Both the position numbers and the translations under genes were made by a program. Shown here one piece after another: positions 1 through 9,984 of a DNA stretch of 64,000 nucleotides. Each line of letters starts with the position of its first letter. Within the stretch, counting starts at the first letter, position 1. The notes beneath the pieces were generated by a model. The model did no database searches. It was not told the DNA's origin and saw nothing but the letters and a program-made list of their open reading frames with translations. This DNA is from Candidatus Helarchaeota archaeon. Lineage in GTDB: Archaea; Asgardarchaeota; Lokiarchaeia; Helarchaeales; RDOG01. Location of the stretch: positions 256,001 to 320,000 of the forward strand of contig JAHPZH010000002.1 in assembly GCA_019058315.1 (NCBI GenBank), read 5' to 3'.

Positions 1-1323
1 CCTCCCCATTGCGTTAATAATCATCTTCGATTGTATGAACGGATTGAAAAATTCAAAAAAAGTCCATATTCTAAAAAATTTGATAAAATTATACCAGGAG
101 ATTCTAAGTTAGGTATATTAACAGCTGGTGTTCCATTTGGATATACTATGGAAGCCTTACGTATTCTTGATATTAAAGATACACCTGTTCTTAAATATGG
201 GGTTATCAATCCTATTAATGAAGAGATCTTTCTAAAATTTGCAGAAAATTTAGATAAAATTATCATATTAGAAGAATTAGAACCTTTTGTTGAAGTAGAA
301 ATTAAAAGAATTGCCCAAGAAAATGGTATTACAATTCCAATTAAGGGTCATGAAATTGTAAGAAAATGGGGAGAATTGAGTACTTCTGATGTTGTTCAAA
401 TTTTGGGTAAAGAAATTAATAAGTCGATTACAACATATGATGCAATTTTAGAAAAAGTGAATAAATATCAGCATCTAATTCCGCCAAGACCTCCTACTTT
501 TTGTGCTGGATGTCCCGAAAGATCTCTACTTTATGCTATTGAAAAAGCAGTTGATAAGAAAAAGACAATAATTGCAGGCGATATTGGTTGTTATGTGATG
601 AGTTTTTTTCCGCCACATGAACTAACTGATTGGGTTATATGTATGTCTGGAGGATTGGGAGCGGCAGTAGGTGCTGCTGTTAAAACGGATCAAGATATTA
701 TTGCTTTTGTTGGAGATTCCACTTTCTATCATACTGGACTACCAATTTTAATTTCAGCCGTTTATAATGGAGCTAATGTAACATTAATCATTTTTGATAA
801 TTCTTGGACTGCTATGACTGGAGGACATGAAAATCCCAATACACCAACACATCTGAGAGCTGCTAATATATTACAAGATCCAATTACATTTAATCTAAAA
901 GATATTTTGAAGGCTTGTGGAGTGCAATACGTCAGAGTTATTGATCCTTATAAACCAAAATCTGCAGAAATGGCTATCCGTAAAGCCATGAAACATAAAG
1001 GAGTAAAGGCTCTTATATCCCGAAGAGAATGTGGTCTGAAATATGGAAGAAGGTTGAAATCTGAGAAGTACAAGTGGATGAGACAAGATAAACCCTTTTC
1101 TAAAGTTATTTATCAAGTTATTCCTGAAAGATGTGTACTTTGCAAAGAATGCACTCAAATACTCTGTTGTACCGCTTTAAGTATAGTAAATAAAGATGGA
1201 ATTGAATGTGTAGAGATTGATGAGGCAAGGTGTAATCGTTGTGGAGTGTGTCATCAAATTTGCCCAAATTCCGCAATAAGAATTACTACAATAAATCCAC
1301 AAGATCCTGAGGTGAGGGTATAA
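1..1323 (+). CDS. iorA: Indolepyruvate:ferredoxin oxidoreductase alpha subunit (5' truncated by window edge)
   Basis: RPPTFCAGCP, GDIGCY, TPP-binding GDSTFYHTG...DN..TAMTG, C-terminal ferredoxin Cys motifs; frame is open back to base 1. Confidence 0.9.
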   Translation, partial: PPHCVNNHLRLYERIEKFKKSPYSKKFDKIIPGDSKLGILTAGVPFGYTMEALRILDIKDTPVLKYGVINPINEEIFLKFAENLDKIIILEELEPFVEVEIKRIAQENGITIPIKGHEIVRKWGELSTSDVVQILGKEINKSITTYDAILEKVNKYQHLIPPRPPTFCAGCPERSLLYAIEKAVDKKKTIIAGDIGCYVMSFFPPHELTDWVICMSGGLGAAVGAAVKTDQDIIAFVGDSTFYHTGLPILISAVYNGANVTLIIFDNSWTAMTGGHENPNTPTHLRAANILQDPITFNLKDILKACGVQYVRVIDPYKPKSAEMAIRKAMKHKGVKALISRRECGLKYGRRLKSEKYKWMRQDKPFSKVIYQVIPERCVLCKECTQILCCTALSIVNKDGIECVEIDEARCNRCGVCHQICPNSAIRITTINPQDPEVRV

Positions 1324-1324
1324 A

Positions 1325-1969
1325 ATGAAGATTTGGAATGCATTAATTGTCGGAATAGGTGGAACTGGAGTTATAACATTAAAAACAATATTAGAATACG
1401 CGGCATTGAAAGATCCTAAAGTTGGAAAATTAATTGGTGCAGAAAAACACGGATTAGCTCAAAGAGAAGGTTCTGTGGATGTTCATGTTCGATTTCTTAT
1501 TCTAGATCCAAATGAAATTATTGATGAATATTTTCTAACTTCTCCTACAATCCCCATTGGTGGTTCTGATATGGCTATAGGGATTGAACCAGTTGAATTA
1601 TTAAGAGACGCGAAGTTTTTTTCTCAAAAAACAACATTTATAGTAAATACTTATACCATGCCTCCTCCCAGTGTCATTTCTGAACGAAATACTTATCCAG
1701 CGTTTGAAACAATAATTAATACTTTAAAAGATACCTCTGGATCAGATGATTTTTTAATTATTGATGCAACTAAAATCGCAATAGAAGAAATGGGAGATGC
1801 TTTATTTGGAAATAATATTTTACTTGGAGCTGCTCTTGCTTCAGGAAAAATACCATTAGAAAAAAAATTGATTGAAAATGTTTTGAGAGAGCAAGTCAAA
1901 CAAGCTGATCTAAATATAGATGCACTAAATCTTGGTTATCAGAGGGGATTAGAAATCCTTAAAAAATAA
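1325..1969 (+). CDS. iorB: Indolepyruvate:ferredoxin oxidoreductase beta subunit
   Basis: GIGGTGVIT, E.HGLAQREGSV..HVR motifs; immediately follows iorA. Confidence 0.88.
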   Translation: MKIWNALIVGIGGTGVITLKTILEYAALKDPKVGKLIGAEKHGLAQREGSVDVHVRFLILDPNEIIDEYFLTSPTIPIGGSDMAIGIEPVELLRDAKFFSQKTTFIVNTYTMPPPSVISERNTYPAFETIINTLKDTSGSDDFLIIDATKIAIEEMGDALFGNNILLGAALASGKIPLEKKLIENVLREQVKQADLNIDALNLGYQRGLEILKK

Positions 1970-2176
1970 TATTAAATATTTTTCATCATTTCGTAAAATA
2001 CAATTATTTTTTTGTATTATACCTTTAATGTCTCCTAATTTTAGCGAAATTAATAAAATGTTTTATGATAATTAAATAACCTTTATTAGTCATTTTAATG
2101 ACTTCTATATTAAAATAAAATAAAAAAGTTTGCAAATTTGCAATATTTTCTTGAATTTTAAAGGTGAGAAATTATC

Positions 2177-3808
2177 ATGGTAACTGGTTCAATAATCAAA
2201 AAAACAAAAAGTTTATGCCCAGAATGTAAAAAAGTGATTGACGCAAATATTATAGAAGAAAATGGGAAAGTTCTAATGAATAAAAAATGCTCTGAACATG
2301 GAGATTTTTCAGATATTTTATCAATTAATCCTACTCATTTTCGATGGAGTCAAAACTTCATGATTGACGGTCAAAAACCAAAAGACCCTTGTGTATCGAC
2401 TAAAAAAGGATGCCCTTATGATTGTGGATCATGTCCCGAACATAAATCCTCTCCAGCTATTGCTATTTGTGATATTACTTATCGTTGTAATTTAAAATGT
2501 CCAATTTGCTTTGCTAATGCTGAAAGCCGTGGATTAAATTATGAACCATCGTTCGAAGAACTAATTCGAATTTATAAACATTTTAGAAATATTAAACCTC
2601 AGCCACCAATTGTTGCAATGTATGCAGGTGGAGAACCAACTGTACGAAATGATCTCCCGGAGTTATTAACCGAATGTGTAAAAATGGGATATCAACAATT
2701 ACAAATTGCTACAAATGGGATACGTTTAGCTAACATTGATTACTTCCAAGAATTAATTGACGCCGGATTGCCAAATTCTACTAATAATAATAGAACTCGA
2801 ACTTGTATTTATTTACAATTTGATGGAATTGAACGTGAAACTTACATAAAAACAAGAGGCGCTGATATTTTAGATAAAAAATTAAAAGTAATTGAAAATG
2901 CTAGAGAGCTAAATTTTCCTAATATGATTTTAGTTCCTACCGTTGCCAAAGGTGTTAATGACCATGAAATTAATAACATTCTACAGTTTGCTATAGATAA
3001 TATTGATGTAGTTTCTACCCTAATGTATCAACCAATGGCTATGTGTGGAAGATTTGATAAAGAAAAACTTCATGAAATGAGAATCACCTCTTCCCATTTA
3101 GCAAAAGAATTACAAGCATATACAAAAGGAAAAGTTGGAAAAACATATCCTCTACCCACTATTTCAAAATTCGCAAAAATAATTGCTTTCTTAAATAATG
3201 AACCTCCTGTGGAATTTACATGTAATGCGGATTGTGGTTTTGCCAACTTCATGTTTGTAGATCCTAAGACAAAACAACTTACCGGGATCGAAGATTTTGT
3301 TGATGCGGATAGATTTCTAAAGATTTGTGATAAATGGTATAATAGAGTAGAAAGAGAGAAAAAATGGGAACAAGAAGGAAAAACAGGACTTTTTGGTAGA
3401 TTTTTTGACAGAGCTAGAAAAGATATTTTAAAAGCAAGAATTTTTGGAGAACTTGCATTAACGATGAGATCTCCACAAGCACTTCTTAATAATTTTTCAG
3501 ACCCAATTTCAGTTGTTAGAAATTTTGCCGATACTGTCTTAAATACATCTTGGGAATCCAGTTCAAATTGGCTTATAAATGGAAATGTTCTGCTTGTAGG
3601 TTTAATGCATTTTCAAGATTTATATAATTTCGATCTCGAGCGTGTAAGTCGATGCTTAGTTCATTACGGCTATATAGATCCTACCACAAACCAAGTAAGG
3701 CAAGTTCCATTCTGTGCAATGAACGCAGTCCATAGAGAAAGAATTGAAAACGAACTAGAACAAGCAGATAAAATGGTTCAATATACACCCGATATTCAAT
3801 CAAACTAA
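2177..3808 (+). CDS. tes: Radical SAM protein, tetraether lipid synthase (Tes/MJ0619) family
   Basis: N-terminal SLCPEC...KKC.EHG, CPYDCG.CPEH, CNLKCPIC SAM motif, GGEPT, YLQFDG, C-terminal RCLVHY...VPFCAMN. Confidence 0.75.
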   Translation: MVTGSIIKKTKSLCPECKKVIDANIIEENGKVLMNKKCSEHGDFSDILSINPTHFRWSQNFMIDGQKPKDPCVSTKKGCPYDCGSCPEHKSSPAIAICDITYRCNLKCPICFANAESRGLNYEPSFEELIRIYKHFRNIKPQPPIVAMYAGGEPTVRNDLPELLTECVKMGYQQLQIATNGIRLANIDYFQELIDAGLPNSTNNNRTRTCIYLQFDGIERETYIKTRGADILDKKLKVIENARELNFPNMILVPTVAKGVNDHEINNILQFAIDNIDVVSTLMYQPMAMCGRFDKEKLHEMRITSSHLAKELQAYTKGKVGKTYPLPTISKFAKIIAFLNNEPPVEFTCNADCGFANFMFVDPKTKQLTGIEDFVDADRFLKICDKWYNRVEREKKWEQEGKTGLFGRFFDRARKDILKARIFGELALTMRSPQALLNNFSDPISVVRNFADTVLNTSWESSSNWLINGNVLLVGLMHFQDLYNFDLERVSRCLVHYGYIDPTTNQVRQVPFCAMNAVHRERIENELEQADKMVQYTPDIQSN

Positions 3809-3896
3809 ATATGATTGCGTTTTCTATTTTTTTAAAAATTCAAATTTCTTTTATTTTTTGTATCAAATTATTTTATTTTTTCAATTAATTTCATAT

Positions 3897-6575
3897 CTAA
3901 ATAGGAAGATTAATTGAAAAAAAGGAAGGTTTGATTATTATCTCATATTCATTATAAACGATTTTATCAGGCAGATGAAGTTTTAAATTTAATTTATAAC
4001 GACCACTTCTTCCTTTAGGTAATAATACGTTTATTTCTCCAATTTTGATCAATGAATCCTTATCTATATTAATATTATATTCATTCTGAAAGATAGCTTT
4101 ACCAGAACTTGGTGAAATATCAACTGTTAATTTAATATCATTAAATTCTTGGTGTAAGTCGTTTGTCACATACAATTCAGTTTTAAATCGTTTTCCTTGA
4201 GTATAATTTTTATTTGGCCATTTCATTATAAACGGATATACTGGTTCAAAGCAATTTTTAACTACATAATAAGCCTTTTTAGGTTCACGCCAATAGTCGA
4301 CGATACTCCATGTGATTCCAGGGAAACAATCGTTGAATAGAAAATGTATTACACCTCCACAATGATCATATTTCAAAAATCTAAATAGTTCTATGTGAAA
4401 TTTTGCTATCTCAGCTTGATAATCTTGAGTCGCTTGTATAAATTCCTCTAAAGTTTTAAAATTTTCTTCTTTAGCATAGTTTCTGACAAACATTTGTTGA
4501 TATCGATGATATTTTATTAAAATCGCTGTATTTAAGGGGAATAAGTCCTCTGGATTATCCTTAAAACATGGAAATTTTTGTAAACTTTCCAAATTTGGAA
4601 ATGCTTGTGCACCAAATTCCGTTACGAATCGAACTTTTCTTCTACTAGTTAAGAATTTATAAGCTGCTCTATATCTAGGAGCTGTTGGCCAATAATATCC
4701 ACAATAACTATGAAGGTCAGTGCCTCCTCGTATTAGACCTGCTATACCCGAATTTTTTACAATTATTCCGTTATGATTTTTTTCAGGTTCGAGCTCCATT
4801 TCAAGGACTTTAACCATTTCTGAATCTAATTTGTCCTTATTAAAATTTCTAACAATATTCCACGGAAGTGCATTAACTGGCAATGTTAAAACACAAAATA
4901 GTAAGAATTCAATTAGATTACCCATCGTTAATATAGTATCTGTGTGAAATAATGGATTTGTTTCTAATACTCCAGGAATTAACGTCATTTCGGGTAAAAA
5001 GAAATCTAAAATTGTTGGAATGGAAAATATAAGGAAAACGCCTATAGCTTCTTTTTCATTTACGAAATTTAATGGTGGCATTTGAAGAAGAAGGGCTATA
5101 GCAATGCCTAATAAAACAGGTTTTGTAATAAATGGAATATCTTTAAAGATATCACGACCCAAATCTAAAAATTCACGTGTTGTTGTTGAAAATTGCCATG
5201 TGCTTATATTAAAAACTGATGACCCAGGAAATAGGGTAATAATTAAATTTACACCAAAAAGTAAGAAAATTAGCCCTATTAAAAAAAGGGGAATTTTTAA
5301 TTTTCCTAAAAGTTCAAAAGGTTCATTATGTGTACAATAAATTGCTTGTGAGGGGTGATTTTGAAGTAATTCAACAGCTTTTTTAGCTTGTTTTTTTGCA
5401 GGTTCCAATATTTTTTTAGAATATCCCCATTGAAAAGGTAAATCTTGCCAAACAAGAACTCCCAATTCATCGCAGGCATTATGAAAAAGAGGTTCATTAT
5501 CAAGATGTGCGTGGACTCGAATCATATTCATATTACAATCCTTAATTAATTGGATGTCTTTTTTATAATCCTTGGGAGTACAGTATGCCAAACGCATATC
5601 ACATGGCGCATAGTTATTCCCTCTTATAAAAATTCTACGTCCGTTTAAGAATATCTTCCAACCCTTCTGCTTTGTAGTCATGTAAATTTCTCGAATTCCA
5701 AAAGTATTTTCTAAAGATTCAGATTCTCCATTTTGAATTAAAATCTGGGATTTTAAAGTATAAAGATTCTGCGCTCCATGATCCCATGTCCACCACAACT
5801 TAGCATCATCTATTTCTATTTCCTCATAGATTGTATTTGTCCCAATTACGAGTTTTTTGGTAAGATCTAAATTAATATTCTTACCTTCAAAATTTTTTGG
5901 ACTTACTTTTATTTTAAGGTTAATTTCAAGGTCTTTTTTTGATTCAATTATATAGATTACTTTAATTTTAGCCTTCTTTTCTGAAAGAATTTTTGGGATA
6001 ATTTTGATATTTTTGAAATAAGCTTGATCGGTGCTTATTAATTCTACACTTTTCCAAATTCCACCTGGATTTGTAACCGGATCGCTGGCGTCCCAATGGC
6101 TTAAAACACCCGTTATTTGTTTTTTATTCCACATATTTTTTTCGTCTTCACAAGTCACCTTTACAGCAATACTGTTTTCTTTTTCAAAATCTATTTTATC
6201 TGAAATATCAAATTCGAAGGGAAAGAAATATCCTTCATTTTCCCCCAATTTCTCTCCATTTAACCAAACAGAAGTCAGATAGAAGACTCCATTAAATCTC
6301 AACCTTATAATTTTATTTTTAAATTCGCTCGGAGGAATAAAATTTGTTCTATACCAAACAATAGGTCCTCCATAATCATTATATATCCCATCTTTACTTA
6401 AATCTGTAATATATTTTTCATTTGCTTGCCAATGTCCTGGTACTTTAATTTTATCCCATGTACTATCATCATACTCAGTGTTAAAAAATTTTTGGACTTC
6501 ACCCTGATTATTCTCATCCTTTATTACTTTCCATGTGCCATCTAACTTCTGTATCAATTGAAAAAACTCCTTCAT
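3897..6575 (-). CDS. Glycoside hydrolase family 2 (beta-mannosidase-like) with internal hydrophobic insertion
   Basis: LDGTW, VPGHWQ, WYRT, F.GV.Y...VWLNG, LWW.WDHG.QNLY, FGIR, MNMIRVH, CDELGVLVWQD, HNEP, FVTEFGAQ, WSIVDY. Confidence 0.85.
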   Translation of the reverse strand: MKEFFQLIQKLDGTWKVIKDENNQGEVQKFFNTEYDDSTWDKIKVPGHWQANEKYITDLSKDGIYNDYGGPIVWYRTNFIPPSEFKNKIIRLRFNGVFYLTSVWLNGEKLGENEGYFFPFEFDISDKIDFEKENSIAVKVTCEDEKNMWNKKQITGVLSHWDASDPVTNPGGIWKSVELISTDQAYFKNIKIIPKILSEKKAKIKVIYIIESKKDLEINLKIKVSPKNFEGKNINLDLTKKLVIGTNTIYEEIEIDDAKLWWTWDHGAQNLYTLKSQILIQNGESESLENTFGIREIYMTTKQKGWKIFLNGRRIFIRGNNYAPCDMRLAYCTPKDYKKDIQLIKDCNMNMIRVHAHLDNEPLFHNACDELGVLVWQDLPFQWGYSKKILEPAKKQAKKAVELLQNHPSQAIYCTHNEPFELLGKLKIPLFLIGLIFLLFGVNLIITLFPGSSVFNISTWQFSTTTREFLDLGRDIFKDIPFITKPVLLGIAIALLLQMPPLNFVNEKEAIGVFLIFSIPTILDFFLPEMTLIPGVLETNPLFHTDTILTMGNLIEFLLFCVLTLPVNALPWNIVRNFNKDKLDSEMVKVLEMELEPEKNHNGIIVKNSGIAGLIRGGTDLHSYCGYYWPTAPRYRAAYKFLTSRRKVRFVTEFGAQAFPNLESLQKFPCFKDNPEDLFPLNTAILIKYHRYQQMFVRNYAKEENFKTLEEFIQATQDYQAEIAKFHIELFRFLKYDHCGGVIHFLFNDCFPGITWSIVDYWREPKKAYYVVKNCFEPVYPFIMKWPNKNYTQGKRFKTELYVTNDLHQEFNDIKLTVDISPSSGKAIFQNEYNINIDKDSLIKIGEINVLLPKGRSGRYKLNLKLHLPDKIVYNEYEIIIKPSFFSINLPI

Positions 6576-6969
6576 AACTTTTTACTAATAATTGTTTCAA
6601 AGATCTATTAAAATGAATCTTTTAAAATGAATATCCTATTCTAATTTAATTCTTTAATGAACAAATGAGAATTATTTTTCAATTTTTTAAATTTTTTTTC
6701 GTTGATAATGAAATATAATGGAATAATTTGAAATTTATGCATTTTTAAAAAGATTTATAAAAAAACTCGTGTGTCTCCTCCATAATTAAAATAGTTTATA
6801 TTTGAAATTCATATAATATTTTGAACTATGTAACATATAAAACACAATTTTTATCGGAAATTTTTTAAATCTAAAAGTAATTAAGGTTTATCATAACTCT
6901 ATTAAGAGTTTCTCTTTTCTAATAAACCAGAAAGAGAAAAATTAAAAAAATTTAACAATAAACCCAAAT

Positions 6970-7398
6970 GTGATTAAAATGGGAGCAGTTGATGAAATTA
7001 AAAAGAAAATTGAAAGCAAAGCTTACGATCTCAAAGATCTACCATTATTCATGAAAGCAGTCGAAGAAGTAGCAGCCTCAAATGAAGATCTTCAAGATGA
7101 ACTAGAAGATCAAGACGATGTTGTAATCATGATGGAAGTACCTGGCATTATTGCAGGTTATATGGAAATTAAAGACGGAAAACTTACTGCAGGTGAAGGT
7201 AAACACTCTGATCCTACAGTCACAATCCAAATGAATGAAGATGTCGCTGCAGGCTTACTCACTGGTGAAGTAGATACCGCAAGTGCCTATATGGCTGGCG
7301 ATATTAAAATCGTCGGCGAAATGGCCAAAGCTATGGCTCTCCGTTCAATCTTAGAAATTGTTGGCGAAGAGCTCGGTGTCGAAATGGGTGGCGGCTAA
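6970..7398 (+). CDS. SCP2 sterol/lipid-binding domain protein
   Basis: G.H..PTVTI...LLTGEVD..SAYMAGDIKIVGEMAKAM is a typical SCP2 C-terminus; true start may be ATG at 6979. Confidence 0.8.
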   Translation: MIKMGAVDEIKKKIESKAYDLKDLPLFMKAVEEVAASNEDLQDELEDQDDVVIMMEVPGIIAGYMEIKDGKLTAGEGKHSDPTVTIQMNEDVAAGLLTGEVDTASAYMAGDIKIVGEMAKAMALRSILEIVGEELGVEMGGG

Positions 7399-7612
7399 AC
7401 TAGAATCTATCAACTCTAACTTTATCTTTTTTTTATTTCTATATTTTTTTCATTACCTAATTACATTTTAATAAACAATTTTAAAATCTTTTACATTTAT
7501 ATGTTAAAAATTCAAATGTTTGACTCTTCATTTTGCCATTTTATATTCATAAAAATATAATAATAGTGCTAAATACACAAGACTTTTTTAGATTTTAGCC
7601 CAAAATTGATAA

Positions 7613-8188
7613 TTGAAAATGCAAACAAAGAAAAAAAAAGTTTTTAAAATTGTAGTATTGGGAGAAGCTGGAGTAGGAAAAACCAGTTTAGTTAGGAGAT
7701 ATTGCGAGGGGACTTTCCTAGAAGGATATAAAACTACAATTGGCAGCGATTTTTATGTAAAATATCTTCGTTGTGAGGATGGAAGTCCCTTAATTCTTTC
7801 AATTTGGGATTTAGCGGGAGAACATCGTTTTCAGTTTGTAATGGAGAATTTTATGAAAGGTGCAAAAGGAGCACTCCTTGTTTTTGATCTAACAAAAAAA
7901 AGAACATTCATAAAATTAGGTGAATGGTTACAAATATTACAAAAAGCAGCTGGATCAGTACCTTTGATTCTAATAGGCAATAAATCAGATTTGATTGATT
8001 CACGTTTTGTTTCTGCTGATGAAGCTAAGGCATATGCTGAAAATAATGGAATTGCTTATTATGAAAGCTCAGCTAAAACAAGCTGGAATGTTGATAATAT
8101 CTTTCAAAAAATATCAAATTTATGTTTAAATAAAGAAGCAACTGAAGTTGTTGAATACAAAGAAGAAGCAAGGCGAATAGACTTATGA
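7613..8188 (+). CDS. Rab-like small GTPase
   Basis: GEAGVGKTS, TIGSDF, WDLAGE, NKSD, ESSAK. Confidence 0.92.
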   Translation: MKMQTKKKKVFKIVVLGEAGVGKTSLVRRYCEGTFLEGYKTTIGSDFYVKYLRCEDGSPLILSIWDLAGEHRFQFVMENFMKGAKGALLVFDLTKKRTFIKLGEWLQILQKAAGSVPLILIGNKSDLIDSRFVSADEAKAYAENNGIAYYESSAKTSWNVDNIFQKISNLCLNKEATEVVEYKEEARRIDL

Positions 8189-8198
8189 GGGGTATATT

Positions 8199-8396
8199 TT
8201 GCCACAAAAAATAATTGTTTGCCCAAAATGCAAAGAACAACTAAATTTTATTGTTGATGATTCAGTAATTGCTAATTCTAAAAGTTTTCCGATACCGAGT
8301 GTTGTTCAACACAAAGATCATTATCTAATAGTCTATCTTGATTCTCAATGTGCAATATGTGATATAGAAATTCCCTTATTTTTTAAAAGTGAATAA
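8199..8396 (+). CDS. Small putative Zn-binding protein
   Basis: CPKC, H.DH and C..C motifs; 10 nt downstream of the GTPase. Confidence 0.6.
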   Translation: MPQKIIVCPKCKEQLNFIVDDSVIANSKSFPIPSVVQHKDHYLIVYLDSQCAICDIEIPLFFKSE

Positions 8397-8429
8397 ATGA
8401 ATATAAACGCTTTAAAATCTCTATTATCT

Positions 8430-8735
8430 TTAAAATCCACATTTAAGAGTTGAATTATAAATATGATTAGCATGCATTTCTATAATTTCAAGCTCTTCTT
8501 TTCCTATTGTTTTTTTAATTAATTTACCATCAATTATTACTCTATCTCCCTTTCGTATGATTATTTGACCTGTACGTGTATAAGTATAAACTAAGAATTC
8601 GTCTGGAATGCCTTCAATTTCTTTATCTAATTTAAGACTAAATTCATAATGACCACCTGCTTGAGAACGTCCATATATCAAATTCGAAGTCGTAGTTCCC
8701 GAGAGAACTCCTTTAAATAACTCCACTTTTCCCAT
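8430..8735 (-). CDS. OB-fold-like paralog family member, single domain
   Basis: ELFKGVLSGT...EIEGIP.EF.V...RKGD.V.I.G...MHANHIYN.TLKCG; ATG at 8735 follows a GGAAG SD-like motif. Confidence 0.7.
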   Translation of the reverse strand: MGKVELFKGVLSGTTTSNLIYGRSQAGGHYEFSLKLDKEIEGIPDEFLVYTYTRTGQIIIRKGDRVIIDGKLIKKTIGKEELEIIEMHANHIYNSTLKCGF

Positions 8736-8740
8736 TAGAT

Positions 8741-9361
8741 TCAACTTCCGCATTTAAGAGTTTTATTATAAATATGATGAGCTTCCATTTCATTTATATG
8801 AAATTCGTCGTTTTCCATTCTGCCTTGGTACAATTTACCTTCAATTAACACTTTATCTCCCTTTTTTATGATTAAACCATAAACATCATGTGAATAAACC
8901 ATAAATTCATTTGGAATGCCTTCAATTTTCATATCTAATTTAATGCTAAACTGACGTTCCAAAAAAGAATAGATTATGTCTGAAGTTGCAGTTCCTGAGA
9001 GAATACCGTTAAAAACCTCCTTCTTCTTAATTTTTAAACCTGCTCCATGTTTAAGTGTTTTATTATAAACATAATTAGCTTTCATTTTTATGTTTTCGAT
9101 TTGCTCTTTACCCAAGAAATATTGATATAAATAACCTCCAATTAATACTATATCTTCTCTTCTTAACACAGTTCCCCTGATATACTTATAGATAGGTGTT
9201 CCTTTGGGTTTGGTACGAAGTCTTTTGTGGTAAATTTCAACTAAAAATTCCTTTGGAATCCCTTCAATCTCCTCATTTAATTTAAAAGCAAAATTAATAC
9301 CGCCATGATATAAAGTAACTGTTCCCGATAACATTCCTTTAAATAATTCAATTTTTTTCAT
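8741..9361 (-). CDS. OB-fold-like paralog family member, two tandem domains
   Basis: Same ~100-aa motif twice; ATG at 9361 preceded by GGAGG (9371-9375). Confidence 0.7.
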   Translation of the reverse strand: MKKIELFKGMLSGTVTLYHGGINFAFKLNEEIEGIPKEFLVEIYHKRLRTKPKGTPIYKYIRGTVLRREDIVLIGGYLYQYFLGKEQIENIKMKANYVYNKTLKHGAGLKIKKKEVFNGILSGTATSDIIYSFLERQFSIKLDMKIEGIPNEFMVYSHDVYGLIIKKGDKVLIEGKLYQGRMENDEFHINEMEAHHIYNKTLKCGS

Positions 9362-9366
9362 TAGAT

Positions 9367-9954
9367 TCAACCTCCGCATATAAGATCTCTATTATAAACA
9401 TTCAAAGCTTTCATTTCTGTATAAGTATATTCATTTTTTCCCATAGTACCATGGAACAAAATGCCTTCAATTAGTATTTTATCTCCTCTGCGTATGATGA
9501 TTAGGTTAGACGAAGAAACCACAAATTCATTTGGAATTCCTTCAATTTCTTTATCTAATTTAATGCTAAATAACCAAATATACTGAGAAAAGGTGAGTAG
9601 ATCTGAAGTTGCAGTTCCTGAGAGACTACCGTTAAATACCTCTTTTCTCTTAATTTTTAAACCTGCTCCATGTTTAAGTGAAGTATTATAAACATTATCA
9701 GTTTTCATAAATATATGTTCGAGTTGTTCTTTACCCTCGAAAGATTGGAATATTTTCCCTCCAATTTTTACATTATCTCCTTTTCTTAAGAATAAGAAAT
9801 GGTGACTAATTTTACTTCTAACTAAAAATTCCTTTGGAAGACCTTCAATCTCTTCATTTAATTTAATACTAAAATTATAACCATCCCTCATCATAAACGA
9901 ATCTGAAGTAACAGTTGCAGATAAAACTCCTTTAAATAATTCTATTTTTCCCAT
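9367..9954 (-). CDS. OB-fold-like paralog family member, two tandem domains
   Basis: Same motif twice; ATG at 9954 preceded by GGAGG (9964-9968). Confidence 0.7.
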   Translation of the reverse strand: MGKIELFKGVLSATVTSDSFMMRDGYNFSIKLNEEIEGLPKEFLVRSKISHHFLFLRKGDNVKIGGKIFQSFEGKEQLEHIFMKTDNVYNTSLKHGAGLKIKRKEVFNGSLSGTATSDLLTFSQYIWLFSIKLDKEIEGIPNEFVVSSSNLIIIRRGDKILIEGILFHGTMGKNEYTYTEMKALNVYNRDLICGG

Positions 9955-9984
9955 TAAATTCAACCTCCATTTTTGCCATAAGAT

